Position numbers and translations under genes: made by a program. A DNA stretch of 64,000 nt from Myxococcota bacterium (GTDB taxonomy: Bacteria > Myxococcota_A > UBA9042 > PHBI01 > JAWLBL01). Below, in pieces: positions 30,894 through 40,708 of this stretch. A model generated the notes under the pieces. It saw only the letters and a program-made list of their open reading frames with translations, did not search any database and was not told the origin of the DNA. The stretch lies in NCBI GenBank assembly GCA_041687695.1, contig JAWLBL010000005.1, positions 100,382 through 164,381 on the forward strand, in the 5' to 3' direction. How positions within the stretch are numbered: position 1 is the stretch's first letter; the number at the start of each line of letters is the position of its first letter.

Positions 30894-31778
30894 ATGATCG
30901 CCCCGCCGGCGCCGACGCGCCCGATGCGCGCCGCCCTGACCGTCCTCGCCTCGCTGGCCGCCCTGGTCCTGCCGCCGTCCGCCGCCGCGCAGACGGGCCT
31001 GCGCAGCACGACCACCCTCGCCTTCCGCGCGACCCCGCTGGGCATCAACGCCATCTCGGACGTGGGCTACCGGGTCGCCCTCTTCGACGGCGCCAGCCCG
31101 CTGCTCGAGAACACCTACGTCGAGGCCGGCGCCTCCTTCGGCTTCAGCCCGGCCTACCTGTGGGCGGGCGGCTACGTCGAGGCGGTCCCGTTGGCCATCC
31201 TGCCGCTGCGCTTTTCGGCCCAGTACGCCAACTACTTCGGCACCCTGGGCCACCTGTGGCTGCCCCGGGACGATCAGCCCGACTGGAGCTACAGCGCCAT
31301 CGACGCCCTGCGCGACACCAACGACGGCGTCGCCAGCTCGGGCCTGATGCTCCAGGCGGTCGCCAACCCGCGCGTGCTGCTGCCCTCGGGCGTCGCCGTC
31401 TCGCTCGAGACCACCTGGAACCACTTCCGCATGGACGTGGACGACCGCTGGTACGAGCCCTTCTTCGACGTCCTGCTCGAGCCGACCGACAGCTTCTGGA
31501 CCTTCCGTCCGACCGCCGGCTACATGTTCCGCGGCGACGACGGGGCCAACCGCGTGCTGTTGGCCGCCCGCTGGGAGCACCGCACCACCGTCCGCAGCGA
31601 CGTCTCGTACGACCTGCTCGGCCTGGTCGGCGTGTGGTTCCTGCCCGACGACCTCATCGGCTTCGGCGAGAGCCGCTGGAGCGCCCTCGCCGGCACCTAC
31701 CTCTACCACCCCAGCCGCGGCACCGTGCCCTGGTTCGGCACGGCCTTCACGATGAGCTTCGGCCCGCGCGCCCGCTGA
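30894..31778 (+). CDS. Hypothetical exported, probably outer-membrane beta-barrel protein
   Basis: Signal peptide ending AAAQ; alternating aromatic beta-strand pattern. Confidence 0.6.
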   Translation: MIAPPAPTRPMRAALTVLASLAALVLPPSAAAQTGLRSTTTLAFRATPLGINAISDVGYRVALFDGASPLLENTYVEAGASFGFSPAYLWAGGYVEAVPLAILPLRFSAQYANYFGTLGHLWLPRDDQPDWSYSAIDALRDTNDGVASSGLMLQAVANPRVLLPSGVAVSLETTWNHFRMDVDDRWYEPFFDVLLEPTDSFWTFRPTAGYMFRGDDGANRVLLAARWEHRTTVRSDVSYDLLGLVGVWFLPDDLIGFGESRWSALAGTYLYHPSRGTVPWFGTAFTMSFGPRAR

Positions 31779-31833
31779 GCCACGGAGCCGGCCGCGGACT
31801 CGGCGACGGCCACGGAGCCGGCCGCGGACTCGG
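31779..31833. repeat. Intergenic 25 bp direct repeat x2 (30 bp period)
   Basis: GCCACGGAGCCGGCCGCGGACTCGG at 31779-31803 and 31809-31833. Confidence 0.85.
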
Positions 31834-31930
31834 ACCCGGCCTCGGCGTCGGCCACCTGTCTCGGAGACCGCCGGTGCCGACGGTTGGGGCCATACAGCGG
31901 TGGCCGCTGTATGGGGACGAGGAGGACGCC

Positions 31931-32353
31931 ATGGAGCACGAGCTCACCGAGCGGTTCATCGCCGCCCTCGAGCGGGCCGAACGCACCGGAGTCATCGACG
32001 ATCTGGTCGCCCTGTGCGACCAGGGCACCGAGCTCTGCAACCAAGCGCACAGCCGACCCGAGCGCGGACCGGCCGGGGCCCGGCGCTTCTGGCGGGAGTA
32101 CCTGCACGCCTTCGACGCGGTCCGCTCGCGCTTCACGCGCGTCCGCGAGGCGGAGACCCTCTCGGTGCTCGAGTGGCGCGCGCAGGGGGACAAGCGCGGC
32201 GGCGGGCCGATCGCCTATCGCGGCGTGACCGTGCTCGAGCACGACGGCGAGACGCTGCGGCGGGTCAGCACCTGGTACGACTCGGCGGCGCTGATCGTCG
32301 AGCACCTGGGCCCGAAGCACGGCCCGCCAGGGGCCCCTCACGCGCCGCAGTGA
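31931..32353 (+). CDS. SnoaL/NTF2-like protein
   Basis: GGAGGA RBS; ARRFWREYL, VLEWRAQG..YRGVTVLE and TWYDS motifs. Confidence 0.8.
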   Translation: MEHELTERFIAALERAERTGVIDDLVALCDQGTELCNQAHSRPERGPAGARRFWREYLHAFDAVRSRFTRVREAETLSVLEWRAQGDKRGGGPIAYRGVTVLEHDGETLRRVSTWYDSAALIVEHLGPKHGPPGAPHAPQ

Positions 32354-32361
32354 AGCCGCCG

Positions 32362-33762
32362 TCAGCCCAACGCCGGCCCCCGGCCGTCGACGGGCAAGGT
32401 GACCACCAGCCGCGCGCCACCGCCGTCCGGTGACTCCACCTGGATGTCGCCGCCGTGCAGGCGCACCAGCTCGCGGGTGATGTACAGCCCGAGGCCCATG
32501 CCGCCGGAGGCGGGCCACAGCTGGTGGTACCGCTCGAAGACGCGCTGGCGCTCCGCCGCCGGGATGCCCGGCCCGTGGTCGCGGACGGCCAGCTCGTACT
32601 CGCCCTCGGCGGCGGTCAGCGAGACCTCGACCGGCCGCGCCCCGGCGCCGTGCTTGACGGCGTTGTCGAGCAGGTTCTGAAGGATCTGCCCGAGGCGCAG
32701 CGGGTCGACGACGGCGCGCAGCCGCTCCGGCGCCCTCAGGGACCACGCGTGTTCGGGCGACAGCGCCGCGGCCTCGACCAGCGTGTCGCGGACCACCTGG
32801 GCGACGTCGCAGGGCTGAGGGCTCACGGCGGGTCGGCCCAGGTCGAGGTGGCTGACGTCGAGCAGCCGCGCGATGAGCTGCTCCTGGCGATGGCACTGCC
32901 GCTGCAAGACCGCGAGCAGCTCCTCCAGCTCGTCGACCGCCGGCACGTGCCCCTGCGCCAGCCGCCGGGCCATGAAGTCCACGTTGACGCGCAGGCTCGT
33001 CAGCGGCGTCCGCAGCTCGTGCGCCGCCACCGCGATGAAGTGGTCCCGGGCGCGCACGGCGGCCTCGGCGGCGACCCGCGCCGCCTCGGCCAACGCCAGC
33101 TCGCAGCGATGCTCCTCGTCGCGCCGCAGCCGCCGAGCCCGCGCGAGGCGCCAGTCGACCCGGTCGGCGGCGCTCGTCACCTCCGCACGCTCGAAGTAGG
33201 GGTTCGCCGCGAGCTGCCCGTCGAGCGCCAGCTCGGGGTGCGCGCGCAGGGCCGAGGCGCACGAGGCCGTGGAGAGCCGGCGCCGATCGTACAGGCACAC
33301 GACGGCCACCGGCGTCCGCGGGGGCAGCTGGTTGCCCAGGTGCTCGTAGCGCTCGAGCGCCTCGTGCGAGATCCCCACGCCCAGGGTCCAGCTCATGTCG
33401 GCGACCACGCGCAGCCCCGCGAAGCCGCTGGCGAGCGCCCGCGCGACCTGCCGGCCCACGGCGGCGTACAGCGCGTCCGGGTCGGTCGCGTCGACCCCCG
33501 GCAGCTCGGTCCAGCTCTGGAGCGTCACCAGGCCGCCCGAAGCCGTGGCGGCCCGCACGTCGACGTCCGCCCGCCGCAACGCCTCCGCCAGTGGTTCCCC
33601 CGGCGGCTCGCCCAGCACGACCAGGACGCGGTCGCCGGCCACCAGCCCGGCGACGACGCAGGCCGCGACCTCGTCGACGACCCGCGCCGGGTCCTCGTAC
33701 GGGACACACACGTGCTGGCCGTGCCGTAGCCCACGCAGCGAGCCATTCTGCCCCCCGGCCAT
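32362..33762 (-). CDS. MEDS-domain sensor histidine kinase
   Basis: MEDS motifs (HVCVPYE, GLRVVADMSW, CLYDRR, LRAHP, NPYF) plus kinase boxes AHELRTPL, NLLDNAVKH, DHGPGI and GMGLGL. Confidence 0.9.
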   Translation of the reverse strand: MAGGQNGSLRGLRHGQHVCVPYEDPARVVDEVAACVVAGLVAGDRVLVVLGEPPGEPLAEALRRADVDVRAATASGGLVTLQSWTELPGVDATDPDALYAAVGRQVARALASGFAGLRVVADMSWTLGVGISHEALERYEHLGNQLPPRTPVAVVCLYDRRRLSTASCASALRAHPELALDGQLAANPYFERAEVTSAADRVDWRLARARRLRRDEEHRCELALAEAARVAAEAAVRARDHFIAVAAHELRTPLTSLRVNVDFMARRLAQGHVPAVDELEELLAVLQRQCHRQEQLIARLLDVSHLDLGRPAVSPQPCDVAQVVRDTLVEAAALSPEHAWSLRAPERLRAVVDPLRLGQILQNLLDNAVKHGAGARPVEVSLTAAEGEYELAVRDHGPGIPAAERQRVFERYHQLWPASGGMGLGLYITRELVRLHGGDIQVESPDGGGARLVVTLPVDGRGPALG

Positions 33763-33832
33763 GGCTGCCCCTTCGCTCGTTGTCGGAACGCCGGGCATCG
33801 TAGCACACGCGAGGCGGGCGCGCGCGCCCCGC

Positions 33833-34615
33833 TCAGTCCTCGAACCGGCCGTGCCGCCCGGCGCCCCCCGCGAAGCGCCGCGCGCCCGCCACCGACTCCT
33901 CCGCCAGCGCCCGCAGGCCGTGGCGCAGCTCGACCTGCAGCGCCTCGTCGAGCGGCAGGTCCAGGCTCTCGTAGGCCGAGCGCCGGTCCCCCAGCATCGC
34001 CGCCTGCGGGAAGGCGGCCAGCTGCTCGGCCAGCCGCTCGGCGGCCTCGCGCGCGGTCCCCGGAGCCACGACCCGGTCGACCAGCCCCATCGCCAGGGCC
34101 TCGGCGGCGCCCACCGGCCGCCCGGTCAGGATGAGGTCCATCGCGCGCCCGAGGCCGACCAGCCGCGGCAGCCGCGCCGTCCCGCCGTCGACCAGCGGCA
34201 CACCCCAGCGCCGGCAGAACACGCCGAGCGTGGCGTCCTCCTCGGCCACGCGCAGATCGCACCAGATCGCCAGCTCGAGCCCGCCGGCCACGGCGTACCC
34301 GGCGATGGCCGCCACCACCGGCTTGTCGAGCCGCATGCGCGTCGGCCCCATCGGCCCGTCGCCGTCGGGCGCCACCCGGTTCGGGCGCCCCTCGGCCACC
34401 GCCTCGAGGTCGGCGCCCGCGCAGAAGGAGCCGCCCTCGCCCCAGAGCACGGCCACGCGCGCCTCGGCGTCGGCCTCGAAGGCGCGGAAGGCGTCGGCCA
34501 GGGCCTCGGCCGTGGCCCGGTCGACGGCGTTGCGGACCTCGGGGCGGCTCAGGATGACGGTGGTCACGGGCCCGCGGCGCTCAGTTCGGACGGTCATGGG
34601 CGGCTCCTCGGTCAC
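33833..34615 (-). CDS. Enoyl-CoA hydratase/isomerase
   Basis: RPEVRNA, FCAGADL, GYAVAGGLELA and GVPLVDGGTARL motifs. Confidence 0.93.
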   Translation of the reverse strand: MTEEPPMTVRTERRGPVTTVILSRPEVRNAVDRATAEALADAFRAFEADAEARVAVLWGEGGSFCAGADLEAVAEGRPNRVAPDGDGPMGPTRMRLDKPVVAAIAGYAVAGGLELAIWCDLRVAEEDATLGVFCRRWGVPLVDGGTARLPRLVGLGRAMDLILTGRPVGAAEALAMGLVDRVVAPGTAREAAERLAEQLAAFPQAAMLGDRRSAYESLDLPLDEALQVELRHGLRALAEESVAGARRFAGGAGRHGRFED

Positions 34616-34675
34616 ACGGTCGCTTCGGGGAACGATTCTCGCGCCGACGCGCGCCGCCGGCTAGGATCATCGGTG

Positions 34676-36061
34676 ATGTCGTCCACGCCTCGCCGTCCGC
34701 GCCCCTCGTCTCGCGCCCCGCTGGCCTTGGGGCTCGCGCTGGGCCTGAGCCTGGTCGCGGCGTGGGACACCGCGGCCGCCGGGCTCGATCGGCCGCCCTT
34801 GGAGGTCGCGCAGGTGGACGTTCACGACGTCACGCTCCCCGAGCCGCAGACCTCCGAGCCGCCCGAGGCGCCGCCGCCCGAGCCGCCCCCCGAGCCGCGG
34901 GGCCTGACCGAGCGGACCCTGACCCTGGGCGAGGCCAAGGCCCAGATCTGGGAGGCCGGTCGCCACGCCCACTTCAAGACGCCCAGCGACGGCGAGCGGG
35001 CCGCGTTGGCCACCCTGGTCGTCGACCTGCTCGAGGCGGTGACCTGGCCCGAGGTCGACCTGACCGAGCACGACCGCGCCGCGCGCGAGCACGACCTCGC
35101 CGTCGAGCTGTGGCGCGTGCAGGGCCAGCCCTTCGTCGCGCTCGTCGAGGCGCCCGGGCGCGACCGCGGGGCGGGCGCCTACCTGTTCCGGCCAGGCCCG
35201 CGCCGCGCGCGCGAGGTGCTGCTGCAGGCCCCGCACGCCTACCACGACCTGTGGACGGGCCACATCGCCGCCTACATGTTCTTCGAGGCCGAGGGCGAGG
35301 ACGCGCCGCGGGCGCTGTTCACCAACACCGCGCACCGCTTCGCGGCGACCGGCGGCAAGCGCGCCAAGCGCAGCGGGTCCGACGCCTGCCACGCGCCCGC
35401 CCACAACCTGTCGGCCGCGACCGAGGCGGCGCTGACCGCGCTGCGGCACGTCGACGTCGTCCAGCTGCACGGCTTCGACGAGGGCCGCCCGCGCCGCGCC
35501 GACGGCAGCGCCGTGGCCCCGGTCGAGGTCATCGTCAGCGCGGGCGAGGCGGCCGGCTCGACCCCGCGCAGCGGGGCCGTCGCGACGTGGCTGAAGGGCG
35601 TCTTCGGTGACGAGGCCGTCGCCCGCTACCCCGAGGACGTCCGCGCCCTGGGCGCCACGCGCAACCTCCAGTCGCACCTGGTCCAGGAGGTGGCCGAGGC
35701 GACCTTCGTGCACGTCGAGCTGGGCGCAGCCGTCCGCGAGCGCCTGCGCAAGAGCGCCGAGACGCGCGCCGCCTTCGTGGGCGCGCTGGTCGGGGCCCCC
35801 GCCGCAGCCGCGCAGGCGCCGCCGGAGCCGCCACCCCCCGAGCCGCTGCCCATCGAAGCGCCGCCCCGGCCGACGCCGCCGCAGGTCGCTGCGCCCGAGC
35901 CGCCGCCGGCCGAGGCCAGCCTGCCCGAGGCTCCGTCGCCCGCCCTGGCGCCGACCGAACCGCCGGCCGAGGTGTCGACGACCGAGCCGCCGCCGACCGA
36001 GCCGCCGCCGACCGAGCCGCCGCCGACCGAGCCGCCGCCGGCCGTAGAGGCCGCCGACTAG
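34676..36061 (+). CDS. Secreted protein with putative metal-dependent hydrolase domain and Pro-rich tail
   Basis: Signal peptide; LQAPHAYHD, SDACH, VQLHGF and FVHVEL motifs; C-terminal TEPPP repeats. Confidence 0.6.
   Translation: MSSTPRRPRPSSRAPLALGLALGLSLVAAWDTAAAGLDRPPLEVAQVDVHDVTLPEPQTSEPPEAPPPEPPPEPRGLTERTLTLGEAKAQIWEAGRHAHFKTPSDGERAALATLVVDLLEAVTWPEVDLTEHDRAAREHDLAVELWRVQGQPFVALVEAPGRDRGAGAYLFRPGPRRAREVLLQAPHAYHDLWTGHIAAYMFFEAEGEDAPRALFTNTAHRFAATGGKRAKRSGSDACHAPAHNLSAATEAALTALRHVDVVQLHGFDEGRPRRADGSAVAPVEVIVSAGEAAGSTPRSGAVATWLKGVFGDEAVARYPEDVRALGATRNLQSHLVQEVAEATFVHVELGAAVRERLRKSAETRAAFVGALVGAPAAAAQAPPEPPPPEPLPIEAPPRPTPPQVAAPEPPPAEASLPEAPSPALAPTEPPAEVSTTEPPPTEPPPTEPPPTEPPPAVEAAD
35980..36040 (+). 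repeat. 15 bp coding tandem repeat (TEPPP x4)
   Basis: (G)ACCGAGCCGCCGCC repeated four times. Confidence 0.85.
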
Positions 36062-36062
36062 C

Positions 36063-37037
36063 TCAGGCCGCTAGGACTTTGGGGCGCTGGGCGGCGTCGG
36101 GTTCGGCCAACAGCGCCGCCCCGACCAGCACGACCAGCAGCCACACGACGTTCGCGGCCAGCAGATGGACCAGCTGCGCCCACCCCGGCGCGGCCAGGCC
36201 GATGTTGACGAAGCCGATGAGGACCTGCGCGACGACCACGGCGCGCAGCAGGTGTCCGAGGCGGCGGCCCTCGGCGGTCGCCCCGTCGCGGACGGCGGCG
36301 GTCCCCAGCCACAGCAGATAGAAGGCCGACGCGACGGCGACCAGCGGGTGCACGATGCGCAGGCGCACCAGGAAGTGGTTCGCGGCGCCGAGATCGTCGC
36401 GCACGCGGCCCAGCAGCCCCTCGCCGGCCCCGGGGTCGACCGGGAAGAGCGTGTCGCCCAGGGCCGTGACCGCGCCGGTCGCGCTGGTCAGCAGCAGGGC
36501 CACCAGCGCGACGAGCAGCGGCCAGCGCCAGCGGCCCTGCCACCGGAAGGCGGGGCGCCCGGACGACCACCAGGCCGCGAGGGCCGCCGACGCGACGAGG
36601 AAGAGCGTGTTGACGAGGTGCACGCCCACGACCACCGCGCGGGCCACGGAGTCGTCGTTGGCGACCAGCTCCTGCTTGACCAGCAGCGCGCCGATGGCGC
36701 CCTCGACGAGGACGAACAGCAGCGTGACGCAGGCCGCGCGAAACACCCGCCCGCCGCGAAAGCGCCGCCAGGCCCAGCCGACGAGCGCCAGCACGAAGAC
36801 GCCGCACAGACCGCTGGTCACCCGGTGGGTGTACTCGATGATCTCCTGCGTCGACCCGGTCAGGGGCACCACCTCGCCGTTGCAGACCGGCCAGTGGTTG
36901 CCGCAGCCGGCGCCCGACCCGGTGATCCGGACCCACGCGCCGAACAGGATGACCGCGACCAGGTAGCCGACGAAGGCCCAGGCGTAGCGGGTCAGGGGGA
37001 CGGAGGGGCCAGGGGCGACGGGCGGTTCGGAGCGCAT
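36063..37037 (-). CDS. ctaA: COX15/CtaA heme A synthase family protein
   Basis: VRITGSGAGCGNHWPVCNG, IEYTHR and conserved TM histidines. Confidence 0.75.
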   Translation of the reverse strand: MRSEPPVAPGPSVPLTRYAWAFVGYLVAVILFGAWVRITGSGAGCGNHWPVCNGEVVPLTGSTQEIIEYTHRVTSGLCGVFVLALVGWAWRRFRGGRVFRAACVTLLFVLVEGAIGALLVKQELVANDDSVARAVVVGVHLVNTLFLVASAALAAWWSSGRPAFRWQGRWRWPLLVALVALLLTSATGAVTALGDTLFPVDPGAGEGLLGRVRDDLGAANHFLVRLRIVHPLVAVASAFYLLWLGTAAVRDGATAEGRRLGHLLRAVVVAQVLIGFVNIGLAAPGWAQLVHLLAANVVWLLVVLVGAALLAEPDAAQRPKVLAA

Positions 37038-37092
37038 CGGCCGCGGACCCTATCAAGCCCGGCCGGGCAGGCAAGCCTGAAGACCGCGCCGG

Positions 37093-38301
37093 TCAGAAGC
37101 GGCCCATCACGCCCACCCCGCCGATGCCCAGGCGGACGCGCACGTCCGGCTCGGGGTCGGGGCGATCGGCGGCCTGGAGCCGCGGGTCGTCGGGCGTCGC
37201 GCCGGGCGCCTCGTCCTCGGCGTCGCCGGCCTCTGTCACGCGGCGCTGGCTGAGCCCGAGCTGCGCCATCAGGTTGGTGTTGTAGTCGTCGGCGAGGCCT
37301 CGCGCGGCCGTGACCGACACCGGATGCGCCCCGTCCGTGTCGAGCGGCGCGAGCGCCAGCGCGACCCCACACACGGCCAGCGAGGGGCCGGCGTCACGGA
37401 TGGGCAGATCCGGATCGTCCTCGAACATCAGGTATACGCCAGCGGCGGCGGCCACGAGGCCCAGGGCCCCGACGCCTATTTGCATGGCCCGGGCCTGGCG
37501 GTACGAGCGCGCCAGATCGTGGCGGCCGATGGCCTCGTAGAAGTCGCCGCCCTCGAGCGGCTCGCGTTGCGTGCCGCGGAAGGCGACCGGGCGGCGGGCC
37601 TCCTCGCGGGCCGCGCGGGGGTCCTCGAGCCAGACGAAGCTGCGGCGGTAGGCTTCGCGGGCGTTCAGGGTGGCCACGGGGTCGCCCGCGTTGGCGACGA
37701 CGGTCGGGTCGAGGGCCGGGGTGAAGCCCTCGAGGCGCACCTCGGCGCCGCGGCGGACCACGGCAGCGGCCATGACGCCCCGGCGGGCGTGGTGGAAGGT
37801 CAGGGCCGAGGCGTCGGGGTCGGTCTCGTCCACGACCTCGGAGACGTCGGTGGCGGCCATGCGCAGGATGGCGACGACCGTGACCGGCGGGCGGGCGCAG
37901 CGGGCCGCGATCTCGTCGTCGGCCTCGTCCGCCCGGGCCGACAGGGCGCGGCCGGGGGCGATGAGGCGCGTGCGGGCCCCGATGCGCAGGGCCGCCTCGA
38001 GCGCGGCGCGGGCGTCGCGGGCGTCGGCGTCGTCCGGACCGACGGTGCACACGGCGACGGAGACCTCGGCGCCGTCGAAGAGCGGCTCGACGGCCTCGGG
38101 GGTGAAGGTGGCGAACCAGCCGACGTCCGCCGCGGCGGCCGGTGGGGCCGCGCAGAGGGTCGCCAGGACGACAGCGCCAGCAGCGAGCGCGTGGGCGAGC
38201 CCGGACCCGGCGGCGGGGCGCGCGGAGGCGCCGGCGGGACCGCTGGGTCGGGGCTCGGACGCGAGGCCGCCGGCTCGACGGGGAGTGCGAGCCATGGCCA
38301 C
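37093..38301 (-). CDS. Hypothetical exported or membrane protein
   Basis: Signal-like N-terminus and C-terminal hydrophobic segments. Confidence 0.55.
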   Translation of the reverse strand: MAMARTPRRAGGLASEPRPSGPAGASARPAAGSGLAHALAAGAVVLATLCAAPPAAAADVGWFATFTPEAVEPLFDGAEVSVAVCTVGPDDADARDARAALEAALRIGARTRLIAPGRALSARADEADDEIAARCARPPVTVVAILRMAATDVSEVVDETDPDASALTFHHARRGVMAAAVVRRGAEVRLEGFTPALDPTVVANAGDPVATLNAREAYRRSFVWLEDPRAAREEARRPVAFRGTQREPLEGGDFYEAIGRHDLARSYRQARAMQIGVGALGLVAAAAGVYLMFEDDPDLPIRDAGPSLAVCGVALALAPLDTDGAHPVSVTAARGLADDYNTNLMAQLGLSQRRVTEAGDAEDEAPGATPDDPRLQAADRPDPEPDVRVRLGIGGVGVMGRF

Positions 38302-38467
38302 AGTCCGTGGGTGGAGGGCGGTGGAGGCGGGGGCGGCAGGGAGCGACCAGGGGCCCGAAGCGCGCGACCGGGGAGGGGTCGTGGCCGGGAGGCCGCTCGT
38401 GTTGCCGACGAACTTCAGTCTATCGAGGGCGTGGTGGGATGCACGCTTGGGGTCGCAGCGGCGCGCC

Positions 38468-40708
38468 TCACGGGGCGCACAGGCAGTCGTAGTAGCCGCG
38501 GACGGGCTCGAAGCCGCAGCCGCAGCCGTCCAGCGCGCAGTCGTAGACGACCAGCAGGCCGCCGTCGCAGTAGCTGAGCCGGCCGCCGTCGCAGCGCCCG
38601 GTGAGGTCGACGTCGCCGCAGGCGGCGCCGGCGGGGACCGTGGCGGCGGGCGTGGTCACCGTCGCGAAGGCGAAGTCGGAGCGGCCGGCGCCGTCGTAGA
38701 TGTCGAGCTCCAGGTAAAGGCGCGTGCCGGGCGGCATCGCGGTCGTCGTGACGGTCAGCGGCTGGGTCGCGTCGAAGGCGACGTCGGACGAGGGCTCCCA
38801 GGTCAGGGCGCCCTTGTCGAGGATGCGCGTCATCGGGCGCAGCACGGCGCCCGGCTCGGGGGCGAGCTCGGCCGTGGCGTCGCCGGCCACCTGGAAGAGC
38901 AGCTGGCTCTGGACGGCGCCGGCGGCGTCCACGACGCGGCGCAGCTCGGCGTGGGAGGCGGCCCCCTTGGCCGGCTGGTAGGACAGCGGGATGACCAGCG
39001 TCCGGAGGCCAGAGGCGGCGTCGAGGCGCTCGGAGACGTAGGCCCAGGCCTGGCGAGTGCCCTGCGACAGCACGAGCAGCTCGGGGGTCCACGCGATGGC
39101 GACCTGGCCGTTGCTTTGGGTGGGCTCGCGCGCCGCGACGGCGACCACGCGCCCCGTGGTCTGCTCGACGACGCCGAGCCAGGCGCCCACGCTGGTGACC
39201 TGCGCCTGCGAGGCGACGGCGACGTCGGCCGAGACGGTGACGCGGCCGCCCTGCCAGTGGGCGTCGGCGGCGTGGGCGGACGCGGCGAAGAGCGGGCCGC
39301 CGGCGCCCAGGGCCCCCGCGACGAACAGCTGCTTGAGGAAGCCGCGCCAGGGCTCGAGGCCCGTCAGGTTGTCGTAGCTGCGGCGGTAGCGGGCGTCGTT
39401 GGGCGGGAAGTAGATGGCGAGGCCCGTCGCGCGGGTGGTCGCGGGGCCGCTGGCGCGCGAGACGACCGCGTCGGCGAGCGCCTCGCGGAGCTGGGTGGTG
39501 GCGCTGGCGAGGGGGCCCAGGTGGCCTTCGAGGCGGCCCAGGAAGTCGCCCAGATCGACCAGGTAGTAGTCCTGCGTCGGGTCGGCCGAGCGTCCGAAGC
39601 CGAGGGCGGCGGCGCGCTCGCGGCCGATGGTCGAGGCGAGGGCCGGGACCTGGCCGTCGAGGGCGGCGAGCAGCTCGGCCAGGCCGGCCTCGAGGGCGCC
39701 CCAGCGCGTGAGATCCACCAGCGACAGCGTGATCTCGTGCAGGGTCTTGAAGCCCTTGGCCTGCGCGTGGAAGCCGCGGATCAGCTCCTCGCCCAGGGCG
39801 ACCGGGTCGGCCTTGGGGTCGTCGCGGACGACGGCCAGGCTGCGGTAGTCCCAGCCGTGCCCGGGCTCGAGCTCCTGGCTGGCCAGCAGGTACTCGGCAT
39901 AGGGGTGCAGGGCGTGGGCGACCTCCCAGGTGCCCATGAGGCACGCGTCGATGCCGATGAGGGCCAGGCGTGACAGCCCGGCGCGCTCGAGGCCCACGCG
40001 GACCCCCTCGCTGAGCTCGCGCAGGTCCAGCCCGTGGTGGTAGGGCGCGTCGTCGGTGCCGAAGATGATCCAGCCGCCGCCGTGGTCCCACAGGACGAGC
40101 CCGTAGCGGTCGGCCGGGTACGCCTGGACGCCCCAGGCGATGAAGTCGGCGAGGGCCTCGGGGGTGCCCATCGCGATCTCGCCGAGATCGGCCAGCTCCG
40201 TCAGGCTCCCGGCTTCGACCCGGAGGCGCTTGGCGCCGGTGAAGTCGGGCAGGCCGCCGACGCCGCCCTCGTGGTGCCGCTCGGAGCGGTCGATCTGCAC
40301 GATGAGGTGGGCGTCGTCGGTCGAGCCGACCGCCATCATCTCGTGGAGATCGCCGATGGCGGCGCCCTCGAGGTTGTTGTCGGCGACCAGGTAGATGAGG
40401 AGCGTCCACGACTCGCCGTCGAGCTGGTGGCCGGGGCGCGGCTTGGGCCCGACGTCGCTCGAGGCGATGAGGCAGCGCCCCTGCTGGCAGACGCTGCGCG
40501 CGCCGCAGGGCGGGTTGCAGGTGCCGTCGTCGGCGACGCAGTCCCCGTCGACGCAGGCGTAGCCCAGGCTGCAGGGGGGCGAGCAGTGGCGGGAGTTCAT
40601 CTCGACGGACGCGCTCTCGCAGGCGCCGAGCGCGACCAGTAGGCCCAGCACCAGCGCCTGCAGGGGCGTCGTCAGGTGGCGGAGGCGCCCTCTGTTGTTG
40701 GGGTTCAC
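38468..40708 (-). CDS. Clostripain-family (C11) cysteine peptidase lipoprotein with Cys-rich ends
   Basis: WTLLIYLVADNNLE, WDHGGGW (catalytic His), IDACLMG (catalytic Cys), ASQELEPGHGWDY and GLAIYFP motifs. Confidence 0.9.
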   Translation of the reverse strand: MNPNNRGRLRHLTTPLQALVLGLLVALGACESASVEMNSRHCSPPCSLGYACVDGDCVADDGTCNPPCGARSVCQQGRCLIASSDVGPKPRPGHQLDGESWTLLIYLVADNNLEGAAIGDLHEMMAVGSTDDAHLIVQIDRSERHHEGGVGGLPDFTGAKRLRVEAGSLTELADLGEIAMGTPEALADFIAWGVQAYPADRYGLVLWDHGGGWIIFGTDDAPYHHGLDLRELSEGVRVGLERAGLSRLALIGIDACLMGTWEVAHALHPYAEYLLASQELEPGHGWDYRSLAVVRDDPKADPVALGEELIRGFHAQAKGFKTLHEITLSLVDLTRWGALEAGLAELLAALDGQVPALASTIGRERAAALGFGRSADPTQDYYLVDLGDFLGRLEGHLGPLASATTQLREALADAVVSRASGPATTRATGLAIYFPPNDARYRRSYDNLTGLEPWRGFLKQLFVAGALGAGGPLFAASAHAADAHWQGGRVTVSADVAVASQAQVTSVGAWLGVVEQTTGRVVAVAAREPTQSNGQVAIAWTPELLVLSQGTRQAWAYVSERLDAASGLRTLVIPLSYQPAKGAASHAELRRVVDAAGAVQSQLLFQVAGDATAELAPEPGAVLRPMTRILDKGALTWEPSSDVAFDATQPLTVTTTAMPPGTRLYLELDIYDGAGRSDFAFATVTTPAATVPAGAACGDVDLTGRCDGGRLSYCDGGLLVVYDCALDGCGCGFEPVRGYYDCLCAP

